From: an uncultured Bifidobacteriaceae bacterium
GTDB taxonomy: Bacteria > Acidobacteriota > Vicinamibacteria > Vicinamibacterales > CAVVIG01
NCBI GenBank assembly: GCA_964579765.1
Contig: CAZOIK010000267.1
Span: 1-61,958, forward strand
Length of the DNA stretch: 61,958 nucleotides
Direction of reading: 5' to 3'
Positions 35,748-42,631 of the stretch are shown here, in pieces. Position 1 is the first letter of the stretch. Each line of letters opens with the position of its first letter. The notes beneath the pieces were generated by a model. It worked only from the letters and a program-made list of their open reading frames with translations. It was not told the DNA's origin and did not search any database. Both the position numbers and the translations under genes were made by a program.

Positions 35748-36200
35748 ATGCCCGTTGAGATTCCGACCTTCGACGCCCCCGAAAAGTACGAGCAGTACGC
35801 GCTGAACGTGGAGGCTCGAGCGCCAGAGAAGGCGCAAGAGGCTCGGCGACTGGCAGTCAAACTCCGTGCGACACGAGACGGTGCGAAGAGCGATGTCGAA
35901 CGCGAATGCCTTGAGGCCATCTACGCATACGAGTGGACGCTGTTCAAGAAGCACGGCAAGCGGCAACGGGCGTCATACACATGGCGAATGGTGGATGAGC
36001 GCGGGATCATTCCCGCTGTTGAGCACGCCGTAACGCGACCGAAGGAGACGGCGGGTTACCGTGGTCTGGAGGCCGAGGGAATGCTCGACATGGCCTTCGA
36101 GGCGGTCGTGCTGAGGCACAAAGACGTGTTCAGCGCCGCGGCCGTGAAGAAGTCGCAGGAGCGGCTCGCCGAGTGGCGCTCCAGCGGCGGCGGGGGTTGA
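35748..36200 (+). CDS. hypothetical 150-aa protein co-oriented with the RloC-like gene
   Basis: GGAG 6 nt upstream of ATG 35748. MPVEIPTFDAPEKYEQYAL...RASYTWRMVDERGIIPAVEHAVTRPKETAGYRGLEAEGMLDMAFEAVVLRH. I recognise no family. Confidence 0.6.
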   Translation: MPVEIPTFDAPEKYEQYALNVEARAPEKAQEARRLAVKLRATRDGAKSDVERECLEAIYAYEWTLFKKHGKRQRASYTWRMVDERGIIPAVEHAVTRPKETAGYRGLEAEGMLDMAFEAVVLRHKDVFSAAAVKKSQERLAEWRSSGGGG

Positions 36201-36212
36201 GATTGTCGCGTG

Positions 36213-36734
36213 TCACGTGAGGGTGAACGCTGAGCGGATCGGGTCCCACTCGGCGGTTACAACTGGTATTGGTCGCTCCCTTCTGCTCGCCATCTCTCTG
36301 ACGCGTTGTGCGTTCTCTTTCGTCATGTCCTCGCCCAGGATCACGCGCGTCAACAAGTCTGGGCCTACGTCAAAGGCAGGACCGCCCTGCCGCCGCGCAA
36401 GGACCAAGCGGAGTTCTTCCTCGTTGCTCCACTCTGGATATTTGTAGAAAAACCACGACGAAGATGTCGCGTTCGAGAGGTCGGTGAGATCATAGGCCGG
36501 TGGTCGTTCGTAAACGACGTCACGAACGTCTACGAACAATCCTGTCCTGGCGAATTCGAGGCAATAGCCCGTCTGCCGTGCGGCGTACCACTCCCACATT
36601 GACAGATTGTCCCAGCGTTTAGACAGGCAGTAGATATGGTGATTCTGTGTCTTCTCGTGCCAGCCTATCGTCGCCATCTCGTAAATCTTCGGCGCGCCGA
36701 TATCAGCAACTATTTCGTCCAAGTCGAACGACAT
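36213..36734 (-). CDS. DUF2971-like protein (short, lacks the usual N-terminal region)
   Basis: Last 173 aa of track ORF 36213..37187. IYCLSKRWDNLSMWEWYAARQTGYCLEF ... FFYKYPEWSNEEELRLV matches my memory of the DUF2971 core. Its ATG overlaps the upstream TGA (TGATG). Confidence 0.65.
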   Translation of the reverse strand: MSFDLDEIVADIGAPKIYEMATIGWHEKTQNHHIYCLSKRWDNLSMWEWYAARQTGYCLEFARTGLFVDVRDVVYERPPAYDLTDLSNATSSSWFFYKYPEWSNEEELRLVLARRQGGPAFDVGPDLLTRVILGEDMTKENAQRVREMASRRERPIPVVTAEWDPIRSAFTLT

Positions 36735-38725
36735 CACAACGCTCCGGCCGCGACCTGGTCGAAGTACGACACCTGCGGCCCGAGGTAGTACGGTTTGAGA
36801 TAGCACCGCGTCGGCGGCAGCGGATTGAAGCCATCGTACGGCAGGACAATCGCCTGCGCGTTCTGCAGTTCGGTGAACGCCTTCGGCTGGAACACGTAGT
36901 CGAGCGACAGGCTGTACGTCTTGGCAGCACTGACGGTGGTCCGGTGCGCCGCCGGGCGGCCGGTCAGCATGCTCACGCGCGCATCCTGCCCCGCCTCGGT
37001 CAGGGCATAGCTCGGTTTGAGACGCTCCGCCTTCCCGCACAGCTCCGCGGCGATGTGCGCGCTGAAGTCGTCGGAGAGGGCCAGGAAGATCTTCGTCCGG
37101 AGTCCTTGGAGGAGCGTCCGCCACGCCTCGCCTGGCAGCGTTGACCGCAACGAGCTGAGGCTCTGGGTCGCGACGATCGGAATGCATCGCGCCTGCCGCG
37201 CCAGCGAGAAGAACTTCTCATCCCCAGAGGGCTCGTTCTCGCCCGTCGTCGCGAACGCCTGATACTCGTCGCAGACAAAGAAGACCGGGCGCCGGCTGGC
37301 CTCGCTCTGATCGAGCTTTTGGATCCGATTGAGCACCGCGCGCTGAAAGTCCTGCTTCAGCATCGTACCCAGCGCGCGGGCCAGGCCGGGATTCATGGCG
37401 ATCGGAAAATTGAGCGCGATGACCTTGCCCTGTTCGATCAGGTCGGCGATCGGCGGCAGCGACACGCCGTGCCGGCCGTCGTGATTCGCCGTGGCGTCGT
37501 ACGTGTCTTTCGGGGGGCAGAACGTGTGCTTCACGCGTGGGTTGTCGTCGAACAGCGAGAGAAACACGCTGATGCCCTCGACGATGGACGTGCGGAGCTT
37601 CGGCTCCATGCGCATCCAGTCGTCCTCGAACCAGCGCTTCACGGCCTCGAACTGGGCGGTCTTCTCGCGGTCGCGGGCATCAAGGTGCCCGCCCTCCACA
37701 TGGTACGGAATGGTGGCCTCTCTGAGGGACTCCTCGACGTCCCGATCCCAGTGCGTCCACGTGTGCAGCGTATCGTTCGTGACGTGCCAGTCCCAGGCCT
37801 TCAGTACATCGCTGAGCAGGTGCTCCCGTTTGTCCACGACAATGCGCCGGTTGTGCGCGGTGAAGCGCCGCTCCCCGTCCGCGATCTTCGCGCGCAGCTT
37901 GTCCGGGTTGATGACGTGCTCGTACACTTGGAACAAGGTGACGTAGTCGTCGAGCACCTGGTGCAGCAGGATCACGAACGTGACAAGATTCGTGCTCGCC
38001 TGCTGCCAGAACGGTTCCTTGCCGCGGCCAAAGAGATTCGTCATCAACATGGCAATGCCGTACGCCAGGGCGTAGGCATCGAGGTCATTGTGCAGCGGGT
38101 TGTACCGGTACGGGGAGGTAAGGCTAACCTCGATGTAGTCGTCGCCGCGGCCGTACCGCTCGAGCAGCTGCCGGACGTGCGCGCAGAAGTCGCCTTTCAC
38201 TTCGAGCACCAGGCCACCGATCTTCCGCGCAGGCTCGCTCGCGCGATAGCCCACCAGCTGCTCGACATAGGGATACATGCACGCCGAGGTCTTGCCCGTG
38301 CCGATGGCGCCCACGATGATCGTGCCCGTGTAGAGCCCGCGCTCAGGGATCGCCAGCCACCGCGGCTCCGCCGCGGGCAGCGGCGAGATCTGACGGTGCT
38401 GTTCGCCGAGGATCACAAAGAGCGCGTCTCGATCCTGGGGCCGCGGATACGGCGGGAGCGCCGCCTTGGGCACGCGACGATCCGTGCGGGCCACGAAGAT
38501 GTACACGAACGCGCTCACCATCGTGAGTAGCAAGAACGGCGTGCTGAACCACAGGGTCGCGTAGGCGTACACGAACCCGGCGTACACCGTCGGCTGGCTC
38601 GCGTGGATCAACCCGAGGAGCGGCTGCTCGGTGGGGAACGGCCACGCCTGCAGCCCGGCGACGCCAATGACCTCGGCCAGCGCGAGGCTGATGACGAACC
38701 GGTACTCGATCAGGACGCGTGCCAT
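36734..38725 (-). CDS. membrane-anchored type IV coupling protein-like ATPase (TraG/TraD/VirD4 family, FtsK/HerA superfamily)
   Basis: 663 aa. N-terminal TM helices (VISLALAEVIGVAGL, YAGFVYAYATLWFSTPFLLLTMVSAFVYIFV), Walker A IIVGAIGTGKTSACMYPY, Walker B-like RRPVFFVCDEYQAF, and IPIVATQSLSSL. Confidence 0.8.
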   Translation of the reverse strand: MARVLIEYRFVISLALAEVIGVAGLQAWPFPTEQPLLGLIHASQPTVYAGFVYAYATLWFSTPFLLLTMVSAFVYIFVARTDRRVPKAALPPYPRPQDRDALFVILGEQHRQISPLPAAEPRWLAIPERGLYTGTIIVGAIGTGKTSACMYPYVEQLVGYRASEPARKIGGLVLEVKGDFCAHVRQLLERYGRGDDYIEVSLTSPYRYNPLHNDLDAYALAYGIAMLMTNLFGRGKEPFWQQASTNLVTFVILLHQVLDDYVTLFQVYEHVINPDKLRAKIADGERRFTAHNRRIVVDKREHLLSDVLKAWDWHVTNDTLHTWTHWDRDVEESLREATIPYHVEGGHLDARDREKTAQFEAVKRWFEDDWMRMEPKLRTSIVEGISVFLSLFDDNPRVKHTFCPPKDTYDATANHDGRHGVSLPPIADLIEQGKVIALNFPIAMNPGLARALGTMLKQDFQRAVLNRIQKLDQSEASRRPVFFVCDEYQAFATTGENEPSGDEKFFSLARQARCIPIVATQSLSSLRSTLPGEAWRTLLQGLRTKIFLALSDDFSAHIAAELCGKAERLKPSYALTEAGQDARVSMLTGRPAAHRTTVSAAKTYSLSLDYVFQPKAFTELQNAQAIVLPYDGFNPLPPTRCYLKPYYLGPQVSYFDQVAAGAL

Positions 38726-38732
38726 GGGCGCA

Positions 38733-39002
38733 CTACCGCCGGCTCTCGCTCGAGACCGCAGCCGTGGAGGTGGCGTCGCGCCGAGGCGACTTCAGCGCGG
38801 GTTCGTCCGGATGCTCGGCGCGCCACGCGAGGAACTCGCGATCCTTCGCGATCGTGGAGTCGATCAGTTGATTGAGGACGTAATCCGGCGTGTCGCCGAT
38901 GAAGCGCGCATAGAGCATGAGCGCATCACGATCGGGCTCCTGCAGACGAGAAATGTGGCGCACCGATTTGACGCGGTTCGTGCGCGGTTTGATCAGCGGC
39001 AT
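38733..39002 (-). CDS. small 89-aa protein, DUF2274-like (conjugative-element accessory protein pattern)
   Basis: Only the last 89 aa of track ORF 38733..39935. MPLIKPRTNRVKSVRHISRLQEPDRDALMLYARFIGDTPDYVLNQLIDSTIAKDREFLAWR. It ends 7 nt upstream of the T4CP-like start. Confidence 0.5.
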   Translation of the reverse strand: MPLIKPRTNRVKSVRHISRLQEPDRDALMLYARFIGDTPDYVLNQLIDSTIAKDREFLAWRAEHPDEPALKSPRRDATSTAAVSSESRR

Positions 39003-39051
39003 GGGTTCTCTCCTGTCGTCATCTGTGTCTCCTTCGTGCTGTGCAGCCGGG

Positions 39052-39100
39052 CGAGGGGGAAGCCACTCCCACGATGGGGGTGGGGGTCGCTCCCCCCTCG
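39052..39100. promoter_or_regulatory. extended GC-rich stem-loop in the leader/promoter region of the small-protein/T4CP-like operon
   Basis: CGAGGGGGA ag CCACTCCC acgat GGGGGTGG gggtcgc TCCCCCCTCG: nested inverted repeats (outer 9 bp, inner 8 bp with one G-U). Confidence 0.5.
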
Positions 39101-39142
39101 CTTCTGACCCGGCTGCGGGACGAGTGTGACGCTGGCCCCGGC

Positions 39143-39803
39143 TCATGCTACCCCGGGCAACGAGCCGAATTGCTCGTAGGCGAACGGCAACGTCTCCAAC
39201 AGGAGCGTGCTGGTCGAGTCGCCCGTGGGCGACGCGGGGGTCGCCGCGCCGATGCGACCGGTCCGGCACCACTCCGTGTACAGCGCCTGGTGCGCCGGCG
39301 AGTCGAAGCGCTGCCGCAGTTCGCGGTAGCGGCGCAGGTCGACCGGAGACCTGCCCGAGGTCGCCTCGGTCGACGTGCTGCGTCGCTCGAAGTACCACTG
39401 GAGGTCGCGTGCCCTGCTCGGAGCGTCGACGCCACGGACGCGAGGAACCGGTCAAGCACCGCCGGGCCACCGCCGGCGCGACGCTGACGGCGACGATCGT
39501 CCACGTCGGCACGCACCGGAGCAGCGTCGCGTGATCGTGCAGAAACGCCGTGAAGGGATCGGGACTGCCCGTCGGTCGCCAGGTAGACGAAATGCGGCGT
39601 CGGCCGATCCAGCGGCAGAAAGATCGGGAGCTTGTGGACGAAGTGGCGGGCGGTGCTGTCACCGCCATCGGCGGACGCGAACGTCCGCGTCGGCAGCACG
39701 TGCGGCGACACGCTGCACTGCGCGACGAAGAGTTGGACCTTGTCGTGCTCGGTGGCGACCCTGCTTGGCAGCCTACCGTGAGGAGAGCCGACGGCTCGAC
39801 GCG
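39143..39803 (-). pseudogene. multiply frameshifted relic of an unidentified gene
   Basis: Protein-like segments sit in three different minus frames. They are ...HDKVQLFVAQCSVSPHVLPTRTFASADGGDSTARHFVHKLPIFLPLDRPTPHFVYLATDGQ, then PDPFTAFLHDHATLLRCVPTWTIVAVSVAPAV, then VLDRFLASVASTLRAGHA, then LQWYFERR...DLRRYRELRQRFDSPAHQALYTEWCRTGRIG...LLLETLPFAYEQFGSLPGVA*. Confidence 0.5.
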
Positions 39804-39804
39804 A

Positions 39805-40758
39805 TCAACGCACGTAGTGGCCCGAGCGGTAGATTTCGTCGTAGACGAGCGAGACGTTCTCCTGCGCCTTCGAGAGCACGATCGCGTAGCCCGGATACTT
39901 CGCCGTGAGCATCTTCGTGATCTCAGCCGCCACATCGTCCGCCTTCCTGCGCGCTCGAAGGCCTTCCTGCGCGGCCATCACGAAATCGTGGTTCATGCGG
40001 ACGAACTCCTCCAGGTCGGCCCAGGACATCAGCGAGGTGCTATGGCCGGTGATCACCGTGTCGACGCCTTTGATGGTCGCGACGGCCTGCTCCAGCGTAT
40101 GCAAATGTCCGAGAATCGTGCCGCCGTCCGTCGTCATGATGTTCGGGAGCGTCTTGCGCGCGAAGAGATCGGCAAAGTGCGCCGTCCTCGCGGCGGGAAA
40201 CACGACAATCGCGTCACCGCTCGTGTGCGCCGGCCCGAAGTTGTAGAGCTCGACGCGATCCTTGCCGTCGCCGAGCCGCATGCGATCGGTGAAGGTCGTC
40301 TTCGGCAGATAGCGCGTCTTTTCGCCAGACAGGAAGCCGCAGTTGGCGATCGGCTCGCAGACGTCCTTCGACAGGTTCGCGCGCGTGTTCTCCTGCACGA
40401 TGAACCGGACGCCGGCGGAGAATTCCTGATTGCTGCCGGTGTGATCGCGGTGCGTGTGCGTGTTGATGATCGTCGTGACCGGTTTGTCGGTCACAGTTCC
40501 GATCAGTCGCTGGATCTCCGCCCCCCACCCAGGATTCTTCGTGTCGACGAGTACGACGCCATCGCCCGTCACGAAGACGGCAAGATTGCTCGCGCCTGCG
40601 GCGCCGGTCCCCTCGGTGATCCAGTACAGGTTGTCACGCACGCGCTCGATCCGCGCGATCTTTGGCCGTTCCGCGCCTCCGCGTCCCTGCCCGGCCGGAC
40701 GGACGGACAGCACGCCGGCGACGGCGATCACCGCACCCACCACGACTCGTTTGTTCAT
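39805..40758 (-). CDS. exported metallo-beta-lactamase-fold hydrolase
   Basis: Internal Met MNKRVVVGAVIAVAGVLSV with GGAGGC upstream. INTHTHRDHTGSN motif. Confidence 0.8.
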   Translation of the reverse strand: MNKRVVVGAVIAVAGVLSVRPAGQGRGGAERPKIARIERVRDNLYWITEGTGAAGASNLAVFVTGDGVVLVDTKNPGWGAEIQRLIGTVTDKPVTTIINTHTHRDHTGSNQEFSAGVRFIVQENTRANLSKDVCEPIANCGFLSGEKTRYLPKTTFTDRMRLGDGKDRVELYNFGPAHTSGDAIVVFPAARTAHFADLFARKTLPNIMTTDGGTILGHLHTLEQAVATIKGVDTVITGHSTSLMSWADLEEFVRMNHDFVMAAQEGLRARRKADDVAAEITKMLTAKYPGYAIVLSKAQENVSLVYDEIYRSGHYVR

Positions 40759-40838
40759 GCGTGCCTCCGCATTGTCCGGAGCCACCGATTCTAAGACAGA
40801 CGTTCGCAATCTGGGCTGCGGCGATCGTAATCGTCGAA

Positions 40839-40858
40839 GAATACTCAAAATTGGGTAT
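40839..40858. promoter_or_regulatory. AT-rich 7-2-7 inverted repeat GAATACTCAA-AA-TTGGGTAT (site A)
   Basis: Half-sites TACTCAA / TACCCAA. The centre is 32.5 nt upstream of a GATAAT -10 box (40882-40887) for the PQQ dehydrogenase gene. Confidence 0.55.
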
Positions 40859-40900
40859 GCGGCCTCGATGGTTGTCGGTTAGATAATTCGCGCCATCCCT

Positions 40901-42631
40901 ATGACCAAGTACCTCGCACTCGCCCTTGCATTGTCGGCCGCGATCGCGGCCACCGCGCAGAACAAGAGCAGCAACGGTGTGACGACCGACAACCTCGAAC
41001 GTCCGGCGCCCGAGGACTGGCTGATGTACAGCCGGACGTACGACGCGCAGCGCTACAGCCCCCTCGAATTCATCAATCGCCGGAACGTCCCGACGCTGAA
41101 GACGGCGTGGACCAAGCCGCTGCCCAACGGCGCCCAGGAAAGCATTCCGATCGTGCACAACGGCGTGATGTACCTCGTCGAGCCCGGCGCCGCCGTCATG
41201 GCGCTGAACGCGGCGACCGGCGACACGATCTGGGAGTACAAGCGGGACACGTCCCTCGCGTCGCGCACGAAGACGCTCGCCATCTACCGCGACCTCATCT
41301 ACTACGCCGCGCCCGACGGATTCATCGTCGCGCTCGATGCGGCAACCGGCAAAGTCCGCTGGGAGACGAAGACCGACGGCGGCATGACTTCCGGTCCCGT
41401 CGTCATCGAAGGCAAGGTGCTGACCGGGCGTACCTGCGCGCGGTCGCGGAAGAACTGCTACATCTCGGCACAGGACGCGCTCACCGGTGCGGAGGCATGG
41501 AAGTTCTACACGGCCGCCGGCGACGACGATCCCGGCGGCGCGAGCTGGGCCGGAGCGCCGGAAGACAAACGGTTCGCGTCGACCTGGGGACTGCCGGGCA
41601 ACTACGACCCCGTGCTGAAGTTGATCTACTGGGGAGTCGCCAACCCGACGCCGAACACCCGGATGGAGCGGCACGGCGGCAACGCCGAAGCCATTCCGTT
41701 CACGGCGCCCGCCGATCTGTACAGCAACTCGACGCTCGCGCTGAATCCCACGACGGGCAAGCTGGCGTGGTACTACCAGCACCTTCCCGGCGACGACTGG
41801 GACGAAGACTACACGCACGAGCGGACGCTGCTGCACACGCGCGTGCGGCCCGATCCGAAGTTCGTCAAGTGGATCAACCCGGACATCCGCCGCGGCGAAC
41901 AGCGCGATGTCGCGGTGATGGTGGGCGAAGGCGGCGGCATCTTCACGCTCGACCGACGTTCGGGCCAGTTCCTCTGGGCGAGCCCCTTCCCCTTCGACGC
42001 GCCGAACTTCCTGATCTCGAACGTCGACGGCAAGACCGGACGCGTCACCATCAACAAAGATCTGGTCTTCACCGGCCCGGGCCAGCATCACGTCATCTGC
42101 TACTGGAACACGCGCAGCTACTGGCCGACGGCCTATCACCCCGGGCAGAACGCGCTGTTCGTGCCCTGGGTCGACAACTGCCTCGACAACACGTCGGCAA
42201 TCCCCGCCGCCGACGGCAAGCCCGCGGTACCCGCGAAGCGCGCCGGCATTCAGCGTGAGGGCGGCAAACCCGAGGAGTTCGGCGGCCTCGCGAAAATCAA
42301 CATGGAGACCGGCCAAATTCAGCACATCTACAAAGGCAGGGCGCCGGGCAACGGCGCGGTGCTGACGACGGCCGGCGATCTGGTGTTCTGGGGCGATCTG
42401 GACGGCAAATTCCGCGCGTTCGATGCCGCGAGCGGCAAGATGCTCTGGGAAACGACCCTCGGAGGCGCGGTGGACAACAGCACGATCTCCTACGCCGTCA
42501 ACGGCAAGCAGTACATCGCCGTGCTGAGCGGCGAAGGCCTGTTGACCGGCGGGCTGATTACGCAGGCCGGCATCTCGCCGCCTCGCCGCCACAACGAGCT
42601 GTACGTCTTCGCGCTTCCCGATCAGCGCTGA
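40901..42631 (+). CDS. PQQ-dependent dehydrogenase (methanol/ethanol family beta-propeller), exported
   Basis: Signal MTKYLALALALSAAIAATAQ. DWLMYSRTYDAQRYSPLEFINRRNVPTLKTAW, then repeated propeller W-motifs (ALNAATGDTIWEY, ALDAATGKVRWE, AFDAASGKMLWE). Confidence 0.85.
   Translation: MTKYLALALALSAAIAATAQNKSSNGVTTDNLERPAPEDWLMYSRTYDAQRYSPLEFINRRNVPTLKTAWTKPLPNGAQESIPIVHNGVMYLVEPGAAVMALNAATGDTIWEYKRDTSLASRTKTLAIYRDLIYYAAPDGFIVALDAATGKVRWETKTDGGMTSGPVVIEGKVLTGRTCARSRKNCYISAQDALTGAEAWKFYTAAGDDDPGGASWAGAPEDKRFASTWGLPGNYDPVLKLIYWGVANPTPNTRMERHGGNAEAIPFTAPADLYSNSTLALNPTTGKLAWYYQHLPGDDWDEDYTHERTLLHTRVRPDPKFVKWINPDIRRGEQRDVAVMVGEGGGIFTLDRRSGQFLWASPFPFDAPNFLISNVDGKTGRVTINKDLVFTGPGQHHVICYWNTRSYWPTAYHPGQNALFVPWVDNCLDNTSAIPAADGKPAVPAKRAGIQREGGKPEEFGGLAKINMETGQIQHIYKGRAPGNGAVLTTAGDLVFWGDLDGKFRAFDAASGKMLWETTLGGAVDNSTISYAVNGKQYIAVLSGEGLLTGGLITQAGISPPRRHNELYVFALPDQR

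Noticed and set aside
39003-39935. N-terminal 310 aa of track ORF 38733..39935 as a single 400-aa protein.
   Set aside because: The composition is Arg/Pro/Ser-rich, and it crosses the stem-loop, the gene relic and the end of the MBL gene. Only the terminal 89 aa form a plausible protein.
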